Part shown: piece after piece, positions 1 to 8,720 of the stretch
Layout: each line of letters starts with the position of its first letter
Numbering within the stretch: the stretch's first letter is position 1
NCBI GenBank assembly: GCA_945861585.1
Contig: CAMAVC010000007.1
Location: forward strand, 515 to 64,514
Source of the DNA: Planctomicrobium piriforme
GTDB taxonomy: Bacteria > Planctomycetota > Planctomycetia > Pirellulales > UBA1268
Direction: 5' to 3'
Length of the DNA: 64,000 nt
Notes under the pieces: model-generated
Databases searched by the model: none
Told to the model about the DNA's origin: nothing
Seen by the model: the letters and a program-made list of their open reading frames with translations, nothing else
Translations under genes and position numbers: made by a program

Positions 1-1356
1 GACGCGGCCGAGCACCGTGATCGCCTGCTCGAGCAAGGCCCGCACGCCGGGCTTCGCGAGCCGCTGCTTCACCGCGGCCTCGTCCAGCGGCGGCTCTGCG
101 ACCAGAAAAAAGTCGGCGTAGCCGAGGATGTCGCCGGCCACCTTGAGCCGTTCGCCCGAGGCTTCGATCACGCGCCGCACCGTCGCGACGGCGTCGGCCC
201 CCGGCGGGTCGGCGAGAAGCTTCGCCTTCGTGAGAAACGGCAGCATCAGCGCGAGTTTGTCGTCGATGGTGAGCTGCCCCATGTAGTGGTCCTGCACGGC
301 CCACAGTTTCTTGGGGTCGAAGCTCGCCGGCGACGAGTTGATCCGCTCGAGCGTGAAGTGTTGCACGAGCTCGTCGCGCGAGAAGAACTCCGTCTTGTCG
401 TCGAGCGACCAGCCGAGCAGGGCCATGTAGTTGTCGATTGCCCACGGCAGGTAGCCGACTTCGCGGTAGAAGTCGACGATCACGGGATTGAACGTGTCGG
501 CCTCGGCGGCGAGGCCGATCCGCTCCGCGATCTTCTGCCCGTGGTCCATCACCTGCTTGAAGTCGTGGTTCTTGAGGTACTGGGCGAGCTTCCGCTTCGA
601 GAGCTTCGTGCGGCTGCCCGGCTCGGCCACGAGCGGGAGATGGGCGTAGGCTGGCAGCGGGTAGCCCAGCGACATCGCGATGAACGCCTGCCGCGGCGTG
701 TTCGAGAGATGCTCCTCGGCGCGGATCACGTGCGTGATCGCGAAGTCGTGATCGTCGACGACGCTCGCGAGGTGGTAGAGGCAGGAGCCGTCGGCCCGCT
801 GGATGACGTGGTCCTGCTCCCGTTCCCACGCGAACTCCACACGCCCGCGGACCGCGTCGTCGATCACGAGCGACCCTTCGCGCGGCATCTTCAGGCGGAC
901 CACGCTCGTGCGGCCCTCCGCTGCAAACCGGGCCGCCGCGGCGTCGTCGAAGGCGGCGAAGCGCCGGCTGTAGAGAAACGGTCTGCCCGCAGCCTGCGCG
1001 GCCTTGCGCTCCTCGTCGAGCTCCTCCGGCCTGGCGAAGTCGCGGTAGGCATGGCCGGAGGCGACGAGGCGCTCCGCAGCCGCCTTGTGGCCCGCGGCTC
1101 GCTGCGACTGGAAATACGGCGCGTGGGGGCCGCCGACGCCCGGGCCCTCGTCCCAGTCGATGCCGAGCCAACGGAGCCCATCGAGGATGGGCTGCAGGGC
1201 CTCGTCGACATTCCGCTCCGCGTCGGTGTCGTCGATCCGCAGGATGAAGGCGCCGCCGTGTCGGCGGGCGAAGAGCCAGTTGAAGAGCGCCGTGCGGACG
1301 CCACCGATGTGGAGATAGCCGGTGGGGCTCGGAGCGAACCGGGTGCGGACGGTCAT
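1..1356 (-). CDS. gltX: Glutamate--tRNA ligase (3' end runs off the window)
   Basis: Manual translation from CAT 1354-1356 gives [45 protein letters not shown]; HIGG and KLSKR class I motifs. Confidence 0.96.
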   Translation of the reverse strand, partial: MTVRTRFAPSPTGYLHIGGVRTALFNWLFARRHGGAFILRIDDTDAERNVDEALQPILDGLRWLGIDWDEGPGVGGPHAPYFQSQRAAGHKAAAERLVASGHAYRDFARPEELDEERKAAQAAGRPFLYSRRFAAFDDAAAARFAAEGRTSVVRLKMPREGSLVIDDAVRGRVEFAWEREQDHVIQRADGSCLYHLASVVDDHDFAITHVIRAEEHLSNTPRQAFIAMSLGYPLPAYAHLPLVAEPGSRTKLSKRKLAQYLKNHDFKQVMDHGQKIAERIGLAAEADTFNPVIVDFYREVGYLPWAIDNYMALLGWSLDDKTEFFSRDELVQHFTLERINSSPASFDPKKLWAVQDHYMGQLTIDDKLALMLPFLTKAKLLADPPGADAVATVRRVIEASGERLKVAGDILGYADFFLVAEPPLDEAAVKQRLAKPGVRALLEQAITVLGRV

Positions 1357-1387
1357 GAGGCGAAGCGGTCGGAGGAAGGGGAGCGGC

Positions 1388-2464
1388 TCACGCCACCCGG
1401 TTCATCCGGGCCAGCTTTTTGAGACGCTTGCGCTCGGCTTTCGAGAGGTGTCGCGTGTCACGATCCTCGTCGGCGTCCGAGCCGTCAGTGTAGCCGGTCG
1501 CTTCGCACGTGTCGGAGCCCCAGTCGGGCGACTCCTGCGGCTCGTCGTCCTGGTCGGCAGCCTGCTTGATCGGGAGGGGCCGCGCGGTTGCAGCCTGCGG
1601 CTTCGGCGCGGCCGCCTTGGCTTCGCCGCGCACTTCGCGAATCACCGACCGCGCCGCCACGAGCATCGCAATCGCGAGCAGGCCGCTGCCTGCCGCCCAA
1701 GCCGCGGGGGCCACGCCCGGATGCACGCCCTGCAACGCACTGAACCATGCCGCCGCCGCCGACACACCCCATGCCATGAGGCCGCTCGCGAGCCAGAGGG
1801 CCGTGGCGGCTCGTTCATGCAGCGGGAGAACGGCCCACAGCGACACGCCGCCAAGGAGCGTGGCCGCGATCGCCACCCACCAGCCCGAGCCGGCCGGACC
1901 GAAAGCCACGCCCGTGGCTTCCGTCATGAAGGTGCCGACGACCCGGCCAACTGGCGTCTGAGCCGAGCACGAGGCGGCGACGAACAGGCCTGCCAGCCAG
2001 CCCCAGGCACGATACCGGCCCGCGAAGTCGTCGCGTCGATGCCGGCGCATGAACCGCACGACCAGCGCCACGGCCGCCGCCACCATCAGCAGCGCCTGGG
2101 AGAGCCAGCCCGCGAGCGACAGCATCGAGCTGGCATCGAAGCACGCCGCAGCCGCTGCGACCGTCCGCGCGAAACGCGGCCCGGCCGCCCGGCCGAGCGC
2201 CGAAAACGTGGGCGCGTGAAGCCCGGGGGCCACGACCGCCGCGATGGCGACGGCGATGCCGACTGCCCAAGCCGCGAGACGACCAAGATGGGTCGGCAGA
2301 AGCGTCGCCACGGCCGGCTGACGCTCAGGAAGCGCCACGGGGTCGTATTCGGCCGGGGTGCGCGCCGCGGCCGCCCGGCCGCCGGATGGCGATGCGGTGT
2401 CTCGAGACCAGACCATGAGCAGCCGCCGACGCTGTCCGCGCCGCTGGCTTCCCGGCAGTGCCAT
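1388..2464 (-). CDS. Hypothetical multi-pass membrane protein with acidic then basic C-terminal tail
   Basis: ORF 1388..2551; several hydrophobic segments; tail [19 protein letters not shown]; start at MALPGS uncertain. Confidence 0.7.
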   Translation of the reverse strand: MALPGSQRRGQRRRLLMVWSRDTASPSGGRAAAARTPAEYDPVALPERQPAVATLLPTHLGRLAAWAVGIAVAIAAVVAPGLHAPTFSALGRAAGPRFARTVAAAAACFDASSMLSLAGWLSQALLMVAAAVALVVRFMRRHRRDDFAGRYRAWGWLAGLFVAASCSAQTPVGRVVGTFMTEATGVAFGPAGSGWWVAIAATLLGGVSLWAVLPLHERAATALWLASGLMAWGVSAAAAWFSALQGVHPGVAPAAWAAGSGLLAIAMLVAARSVIREVRGEAKAAAPKPQAATARPLPIKQAADQDDEPQESPDWGSDTCEATGYTDGSDADEDRDTRHLSKAERKRLKKLARMNRVA

Positions 2465-2737
2465 GAAAGTGCCCCGGATCCTTCCCTGGATCCATCCCGA
2501 CGAGTACCCGGCCCGGCGGTGGCCGCAGCGGCATCCTGCCGGCGGACCCACTGCCCTGGAGGGAGGTTCGACCGGCGGCGGCGTGCAGATTCAGCGGGCG
2601 GCTGCCAGAACGGGCAACGCGCACGCGCGTTATCGTCGGCACGGTCGACGGCCCGTTCGCCGGCCCTACAATCGTCAACCGCAGTCGGGTCGTCTGCCCC
2701 GACCGATTCTGTCCGAACGTCCTTGGAGATGACCCTC

Positions 2738-3349
2738 ATGGCTTACACACTGCCTCCCCTGCCCTACGCCTTCGACGCGCTCGAGCCGTTCATCGACGCG
2801 CGGACGATGGAGATCCATCACGACAAGCACCATGCCGCGTATGTGACGAACGTCAACAAGGCGCTCGAGGGCAACGCGCTCGGCGACCTCCCCGTGGAGA
2901 AACTGATCGCCGATCTCGAGAAGGTGCCCGAGACGATCCGCACCGTGGTGCGCAACAACGGCGGGGGCCATGCCAATCACACGATGTTTTGGGAGACGAT
3001 CGGCAAGGGCAAGGGCGGCGAGCCCGCCGGCCATCTCGCCGAGGCGATCCGGAGCGTGTTCGGCGGCTTCGACAAGTTCAAGGAGTTGTTCACCGATGCC
3101 GCCATGAAGCGGTTCGGCAGCGGATGGGCCTGGCTGTCGGTCGACCCCACGGGCAAATTGCTGGTGGAGAGCACGGCCAATCAGGACAGCCCGATCATGC
3201 ACGGCAACACGCCGGTCCTCGGCGTCGACGTCTGGGAGCACGCCTACTACCTGCTCTATCAAAACCGCCGGGCCGACTACGTGAACGCTTTTTACAACGT
3301 GATCGATTGGGACGCCGTTTCCAAGCGGTTCGCGGTCGCGAAGAAGTAG
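2738..3349 (+). CDS. sodA: Fe/Mn superoxide dismutase
   Basis: [48 protein letters not shown]; Mn-type assignment inferred from GGG-H. Confidence 0.95.
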   Translation: MAYTLPPLPYAFDALEPFIDARTMEIHHDKHHAAYVTNVNKALEGNALGDLPVEKLIADLEKVPETIRTVVRNNGGGHANHTMFWETIGKGKGGEPAGHLAEAIRSVFGGFDKFKELFTDAAMKRFGSGWAWLSVDPTGKLLVESTANQDSPIMHGNTPVLGVDVWEHAYYLLYQNRRADYVNAFYNVIDWDAVSKRFAVAKK

Positions 3350-3378
3350 CCGCCCTTCTTCTCCAGGTTGCCCACTCG

Positions 3379-3415
3379 CCGGCGCGTGCCCCTGGCACGC
3401 GCCGGTTTTTCTTTT
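3379..3415 (+). terminator. Rho-independent terminator after sod
   Basis: CCGGCGCGTGCC-cct-GGCACGCGCCGG 12-bp stem followed by TTTTTCTTTT. Confidence 0.85.
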
Positions 3416-3533
3416 CAGACCCTGCTGGCGTTGACGGCACGTCGACTGCCCGCCTATTCCCCTGCCATCGACGGGGCCGCAGGGCGGTCGGTCCGCGTCG
3501 ACGTCCGATCTGCACCGTCCGGAGAATTTCCCC

Positions 3534-4601
3534 ATGGGCACGCCCATCCTGCGCATCAGAGACCTGCATCGCCATGCCGCCGGGCGGCCACTGATTGCGG
3601 TGGCCGTGATGGCCGTCGCCTGCGGGGCGATCGCGTCGACGGGATGCCGCAGCGGTGCCACGGCGATGTCAACGCCGTCGTGGTGGTCGCTAGGCGGATC
3701 GAAGACGTCCGATGCTGAAAAACTCGCCACCGCGCCTCCCTTCGAAGGCAGCATCAAGAAGCCCTCGGAATCGGCCGCTCCCTACCCGACCACGACCACG
3801 CCCAACGGCTATGCGGTGGCCGACACGGCCGCCGGGCAGCCGAATCAGCCGGTCGCACCGCCGGCGCTCGCGGCGACTGAGCCCGCCGCGATCACCTACG
3901 GCAGCCCGCCGGCGCCGGCCGCCATGGCGGTGGCCGCAGCGACCACCGCCGTCACCGCCCCGCCGCCCCAGCAAGCCGCGCCGTCCATCGCCCCGCAGGT
4001 CGGGCCCTACGCGCCGCTCGCGGGTGGCCCCCCTGCGCCGTCGATGGCGGCCGTGCCGGCGACACCCTTCAGCGCCGCGGCCGCGCCACCGGCGGCGACG
4101 TCCGGCGCCTTCCCGGCCACCGCCGGCTACGAACCGGCACCGGCCGGCAGCGCGGCCGATTCCTCTCGCTTTGCCGCGCCGCCCGCCGCGAGCCCTGCTC
4201 CCCAGAGTCTGGCTTCCCCGCAGGGGGTCGATCCGCTTTCGGCGGCGTCGCGCTATGCAAGCGTCCCGGGCAGCCGGTTTGGGGGCGCGAGCTTCGGCAG
4301 TTCTCCACCGCCGCTCGAGCCTGCGATGTCGGCCATGCCGAGCGCTGCAGCGCTCCCGGCGGCCGCTCCGCCGCTCTCGGCCGCTCCGCCGCCGCTGCCC
4401 GCCACCCCGGCGCTTCCCGGAGCCCCGCCGCCTCCTGCGGCGCCCATGACCCCGCCCCCGCGGCGGCCCGACCCGGGCTACCGTCCGGCCGGCACGTCGA
4501 GCTATCGCCCGACCCGCGCGATTCTCGTCGAGGCCGCGCCGGCGGCGCCATCGGCCGTGCGCACGGCATCGTTCGAGACGCCGGCGCCAGCCGCACCGTA
4601 G
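3534..4601 (+). CDS. Pro/Ala-rich low-complexity putative lipoprotein
   Basis: Signal peptide ending AIASTG-C; long P/A-rich disordered body. Confidence 0.65.
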   Translation: MGTPILRIRDLHRHAAGRPLIAVAVMAVACGAIASTGCRSGATAMSTPSWWSLGGSKTSDAEKLATAPPFEGSIKKPSESAAPYPTTTTPNGYAVADTAAGQPNQPVAPPALAATEPAAITYGSPPAPAAMAVAAATTAVTAPPPQQAAPSIAPQVGPYAPLAGGPPAPSMAAVPATPFSAAAAPPAATSGAFPATAGYEPAPAGSAADSSRFAAPPAASPAPQSLASPQGVDPLSAASRYASVPGSRFGGASFGSSPPPLEPAMSAMPSAAALPAAAPPLSAAPPPLPATPALPGAPPPPAAPMTPPPRRPDPGYRPAGTSSYRPTRAILVEAAPAAPSAVRTASFETPAPAAP

Positions 4602-4656
4602 CCCACTCGGTCCGTCCACGACGTCTCCTGCGAGCGGGCTGGTACGATGCGTTGTG

Positions 4657-5712
4657 ATGCCTGCCGCGCCCCCACATTTCGTCGCTCGGCTGTGCGTTGC
4701 GGCGATCGTCGCAGCGGCCATCGACAGGAGTCCTCTCCACGCCGCCGATCGAACCCCGGTCGGACTGCACGTCGAACACCGCGGCGCGGTGTCACTGCCC
4801 GACGAGGTGTCGGCTGCCGACGACCCATCGCTTCGGCTCACGGGTCTGAGCGGCGTGACGTGGCTGGGGGGTGATCGCTACGTCGCGGTCTTGGACAACA
4901 GTGCCAGCCTGATCCGCTTTCGGCTCGAAATCGCCCCGGATGGCACGCCGCGGTCGGCATCGGCCTTCGAGGCGATCACCGTCGCCGAGCGACACGACTA
5001 CGAGGACGTCGCGCCTCGTCTGGATGGGGTGCCTGCCGTCTTTCTGTGCGAGGAGGAGACGCCCGCGATCCGCGTCTTTCGCCTCGACGACGGCGCGGCA
5101 GACGGCACCATCCCGCTGCCCGCGGTGGCGCGGTCGCGGCGCGTCAATCGCGGCCCCGAGTCACTCGCACTCGATCCCGATGGGGCTCATTTGTGGACGG
5201 CCAACGAAGAGGCGCTCGTTCCCGACGGCAGCCCGGCGGCGGCCGGGGTCGGGACGGTCGTGCGGCTGATGCGGCTGCCGCTCCGGACAGGAAGCCCGCC
5301 GCTCCAGGTCGCCTACCGGGTCGATCCCCCCCACGACTTCGTGCCCGTGTTTGCGGGGCCCACGCTCTCCGGGGTCGTGGCGCTCGTCGCCCTCGGGCAC
5401 GGTCGGCTGCTCGTGCTCGAACGCAGCGGCGGGCCGGGGCTGCCTCCCTTCGAGAGCCGCCTCTATACGGTCGACACGTCGGCTGCCGCCGACGTGTCCG
5501 GCATCGGGAGCGATCTGGCCGGCATGCCCGACCGGCTCGTCGGCAAGACGCTCGTCTGGTCGGGGGCGTTGGGGCTGAATCTGGAGGGGCTGTGTCTGGG
5601 GCCGAAGCTCGACGCTAGCCGGAGAGCGCTTCTCGGCATCTCCGACAACGGCGGCCTTGCCACGCCAACGCAGGTCGTGGGCTTCGAACTGACGGCCGTC
5701 ACCAGCCCATGA
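4657..5712 (+). CDS. Secreted esterase-like/phytase-family beta-propeller protein
   Basis: Signal peptide; GLSG, DYED, NRGPESL, LLVLERS, NLEGL, ISDN motifs. Confidence 0.75.
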   Translation: MPAAPPHFVARLCVAAIVAAAIDRSPLHAADRTPVGLHVEHRGAVSLPDEVSAADDPSLRLTGLSGVTWLGGDRYVAVLDNSASLIRFRLEIAPDGTPRSASAFEAITVAERHDYEDVAPRLDGVPAVFLCEEETPAIRVFRLDDGAADGTIPLPAVARSRRVNRGPESLALDPDGAHLWTANEEALVPDGSPAAAGVGTVVRLMRLPLRTGSPPLQVAYRVDPPHDFVPVFAGPTLSGVVALVALGHGRLLVLERSGGPGLPPFESRLYTVDTSAAADVSGIGSDLAGMPDRLVGKTLVWSGALGLNLEGLCLGPKLDASRRALLGISDNGGLATPTQVVGFELTAVTSP

Positions 5713-6025
5713 CCATGTTCGATTCGATCACCTTGCGGGCCCGCTCGAGATCGTCGCCGGTTTCGTGCATGTAAAGCCGGATCGCGTGGAGCTTGTCGCC
5801 CGACGCTTTCGCCAGGCACTCGCGGGCAGTGTGGCAGGGGTTGGCACGCGACGAATTCAGCCCAAGCGCCGACTTGGAGATCACCCAGGAGTCGCGCGGG
5901 CGGCGCACCATGCGCACCACCTGCTCGCCAGGGTAGGCGTCTTCGACGACCGCGGCTGCAGCCTGCTCATCAGCCGCCCACGAAATGATGATGTGGGCGC
6001 TGGTCTCGATCTCGAACAGCGGCAT
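5699..6025 (-). CDS. Small hypothetical protein (108 aa) with L7/L12-CTD-like C-terminus
   Basis: Globular composition; GDKLHAIRLYMHETGDDLERARKVIE. Confidence 0.75.
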   Translation of the reverse strand: MPLFEIETSAHIIISWAADEQAAAAVVEDAYPGEQVVRMVRRPRDSWVISKSALGLNSSRANPCHTARECLAKASGDKLHAIRLYMHETGDDLERARKVIESNMVMGW

Positions 6026-6191
6026 GATGCGGCCTCCACGGGATTGAGACCTTACGCCAGTGGCTGCGGCGCGTCAATTGTGGGGCCGAGGTGCGCGTGG
6101 CTACGATGATGGCGGAGCTATGATGATCAGGATGGCGGTGCGATGGCGACGCCATTTCCGCCCATCAAGTGCGCGGTGAAAGGGTGTCCGC

Positions 6192-7112
6192 ATGCGGTAC
6201 GATCGCGATGGATTTCCCGTTCCGCCGGGTTTCGAGCCGATGCCCGCGACGCCGGATCGCGATGGCTCGGCACCCCGCCGTGGCCGTTCGTGGCCCGCGT
6301 GGAAGCGGCTCGTGCTGCTCGGTCTCGTGGCCGGCGTGCTGCTGCCGGCGATCGTGCTGCCGGAAGCAGCGCCCCTCGTGCGGCAGCTCGTGGTCGGCTG
6401 GTCGCTCGAGCGGGCCGCGGCCTGCGAGGCGCGCGACGACGTGCGGGGTGCCGTGGTCGAAGTGGGGCGGGCGCTCCGCTGGCATGGTGTCGACGCGGAG
6501 CTGTTGTGCCTGAGGGCGATGCTCCGACTCGAGGATCGTGACGCCCCCGGCGCTCTCGACGACGCCGAAGCGGCGGCCGCGGCCGCGCCGTTGTCTCCGC
6601 AGCCTCTCCGGGTTCGGGCGCTCGCGCGGGTCGTGCTCGGCGATGCCGATGCCGCCCTGGCCGATGCCTCGCAGGTGGTGTCGCTGGCCACACCGGGCGA
6701 TGCCGACGCCCTCAACTTCCGGGCCTACGTGCGGGCGCTCGTGGCCCGCGAAGTGCCCGAGGCGCTCGCGGATGTCGAGGCCGCGATCGTGGCCGTCGGC
6801 GAGGCCCCGCCCGAACTGCTCGACACGAGGGGCTACATCCTGTTTCTCGCCGGCCGCACCCAGGAGGCGATCGACCAGCTCAATCTCGCGATCGACGGCA
6901 TGCAGCAGCAACGCCGCCAGCTCACGCTGCTGGCCGGTCGCATGGATCGTGACGAACTGGCCCGCCGGCTTCGGACGTTCGACCACGGCCTGGCAGTGAT
7001 GCTCCATCACCGCGCCCAGGCCTGCGAGAAGGCCGGCCTGGTCGAGCAGGCGAAGCAGGACTTCGAACTGGCGAAGAAAAAAGGCTTCGATCCCTCGCGT
7101 GGGATCATGTGA
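6192..7112 (+). CDS. Membrane-anchored TPR protein
   Basis: One TM helix followed by TPR-like helices (ALNFRAY, LLDTRGYILF, AKQDFELA). Confidence 0.8.
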   Translation: MRYDRDGFPVPPGFEPMPATPDRDGSAPRRGRSWPAWKRLVLLGLVAGVLLPAIVLPEAAPLVRQLVVGWSLERAAACEARDDVRGAVVEVGRALRWHGVDAELLCLRAMLRLEDRDAPGALDDAEAAAAAAPLSPQPLRVRALARVVLGDADAALADASQVVSLATPGDADALNFRAYVRALVAREVPEALADVEAAIVAVGEAPPELLDTRGYILFLAGRTQEAIDQLNLAIDGMQQQRRQLTLLAGRMDRDELARRLRTFDHGLAVMLHHRAQACEKAGLVEQAKQDFELAKKKGFDPSRGIM

Positions 7113-7214
7113 AGCGGCGAATTCCCACCGCTCTTCCGGCGCGGAGCGGCCGCGGTATACTTCGGAGCACGCGAGGCTTTCGTCCCGGCGACTTCCATCT
7201 GATGGCGGTCATAC

Positions 7215-7288
7215 GGGGGTGTAGCTCAGTTGGTTAGAGCGCCAGCCTGTCACGTTGGAGGCCGCGGGTTCGAGTCCCGTCACCCTCG
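7215..7288 (+). tRNA. tRNA-Asp(GTC)
   Basis: GGGGGTG/CACCCTC acceptor, anticodon arm CCAGC-CT-GTC-AC-GTTGG, TTCGA T-loop; CCA not encoded. Confidence 0.97.
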
Positions 7289-7332
7289 CTTGTTTGCCCG
7301 CGTTCCGTTTCCCCTCCGCCCTCTCGCTCCGG

Positions 7333-8142
7333 ATGCCGGTGCGTCGAACTGCCGTCATCACGGGTGCGGCAAGCGGCCTGGGAGCGGCCCTCACCCGGCT
7401 GCTCGCCGCTGAAGGCTGGAGCCTGGCCCTCGTCGATCTTCCCGAATCGGCGGCCATGCTCGAACGCGTCGCGCCCGCATCGTCCGGAGGGGCGTCCACG
7501 GCGCTCGTGGCCCCATTCGACGTCCGCGACGCTGCCGGCTGGCAGGCGCTCCACGACCGCGCGCGGGCCGCTTGGCCGGCGCTCGACCTGCTCGTGAACG
7601 CCGCCGGCGTCGGAGCCACCGGCGAAGTCGGCCAGCTGCCCGACGCGCAGTGGCGCAGGGTGATCGACACGAATCTGGTCGGCACGGCCCTGGGCTGCGA
7701 GACCTTTCTGCCGTGGCTGCGCGAGCACCCCTCTGGCGCACGCGTCGTAAACGTGGCTTCGATCTCGGGCCTGCTCGGCATTCCCTCGATGGCCGCCTAT
7801 TCGGCGAGCAAGGCCGGTGTGATCGCGCTCTCCGAATCGATCGCGGCCGAATCTCCCGCCGGCCGGCCCGGCGTCACGATCGTGTGCCCCGGCTTCTTCC
7901 GCTCCGGGCTCCTCGACACCTGGCACTTCACCGCCGACCGCGAGGCCCACGAGGCCCGCCGCCGCATGGACGCGACACCGCTCGACTCCGCCGCCCTTGC
8001 GCATCGCATCCGCCGCGCGATCGATCGCGACGAGCGCTACGTGGTCGAAGGCTTCCAGGCCCGCTGCCTGTGGCGGCTCAAGCGTCTCGCGCCGCGTCTC
8101 TCGACGGCGCTCTTACGGCGCGTCTATCGCCGGCTGGGGTGA
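7333..8142 (+). CDS. SDR family NAD(P)-dependent oxidoreductase
   Basis: TGAASGLG, NAAG, NVAS, YSASK. Confidence 0.92.
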   Translation: MPVRRTAVITGAASGLGAALTRLLAAEGWSLALVDLPESAAMLERVAPASSGGASTALVAPFDVRDAAGWQALHDRARAAWPALDLLVNAAGVGATGEVGQLPDAQWRRVIDTNLVGTALGCETFLPWLREHPSGARVVNVASISGLLGIPSMAAYSASKAGVIALSESIAAESPAGRPGVTIVCPGFFRSGLLDTWHFTADREAHEARRRMDATPLDSAALAHRIRRAIDRDERYVVEGFQARCLWRLKRLAPRLSTALLRRVYRRLG

Positions 8143-8269
8143 GGCGTTGCCCGTGCCGATCTGCAAGTGCGCCGGCTCGGGGTTACCCCGTACCATCTCG
8201 CCGGACGCTCGCTGCGGGCTGGCTGTCGCGCCGTCGCCGCCGTCCCGGCGTCGTCTCCGGCTTACAGTC

Positions 8270-8292
8270 GCCGGGCAAAGCCCGGCTCCCAC
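8270..8292 (-). repeat. GTGG-type REP
   Basis: Minus strand reads GTGG-GA-GCCGGGC-TTT-GCCCGGC. Confidence 0.65.
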
Positions 8293-8300
8293 GCCTTCGG

Positions 8301-8383
8301 CGTCAGGGCCGGAAGCCCGGGTGAACACCGGCCGACGGAGGTCGGCCAAGGGAAAATGGCAGGACGCCATGTTTCCCGTGAAG
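8301..8383 (+). repeat. ~85-nt three-hairpin repeat (family 2), copy 1
   Basis: Reverse-complement homolog at 15240-15322. Confidence 0.85.
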
Positions 8384-8436
8384 TGGCCCAGATACGCCGG
8401 CTCAACGGTAGGGGTAACCCCTCGCCTCCCCGTCTG

Positions 8437-8517
8437 GAAGCCCGAGGCGTGAGCCGAAGGGAATACGCGTCGTGTTTCGCCACCGGGGCATCCTCTCGGC
8501 TTACGCCTCGGGCTTTC
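8437..8517. repeat. REP-doublet-like inverted repeat
   Basis: AAGCCCGAGGCGTGAGCCGA ... TCGGCTTACGCCTCGGGCTT arms around a short spacer. Confidence 0.8.
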
Positions 8518-8523
8518 GTTGAA

Positions 8524-8672
8524 GAGGCTTCGGGCTCCCCGTGTCCCGCTCGCCGGCGTATGTGACGAGCGAAGCCATGGATGGCGCAGCGCAGGCAAAT
8601 CCGAGTGAGCCGGAGCCTGGAGGGCGGAGGCGAACGTCCGGCGACGGGACATGGGGAGCCTGAAGCCGGCGC
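8524..8672 (-). repeat. ~150-nt structured repeat copy A2 (complete); a further partial arm at 8682-8720
   Basis: Aligns end to end with copies at 15371, 25580, 25793 and 44206. Confidence 0.92.
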
Positions 8673-8720
8673 GCGCCCAACGAGGCGAACGTCCTGCGAG
8701 GCGGTATGGGGCAACCCCGA

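Larger units (their letters stand above)
8167..8428 (+). repeat. ~150-nt structured repeat copy A1: arms 8167-8216 and 8384-8428, core replaced by an insert
   Basis: Arms nearly identical to the ends of the intact copy at 44206-44356. Confidence 0.85.

Noticed and set aside
286-1422. 378-aa plus-strand ORF
   Set aside because: Antisense shadow of gltX, which the ORF track missed because it runs off the window
1322-2737. Long N-terminal extensions on sodA (similarly dnaE2, purC, corA, cysE)
   Set aside because: Artefacts of first-start ORF calling; homology and RBS point to later starts
7215-7332. tRNA-Asp or tRNA-Gln as island integration sites
   Set aside because: No integrase, no duplicated tRNA 3' end and no evident compositional shift
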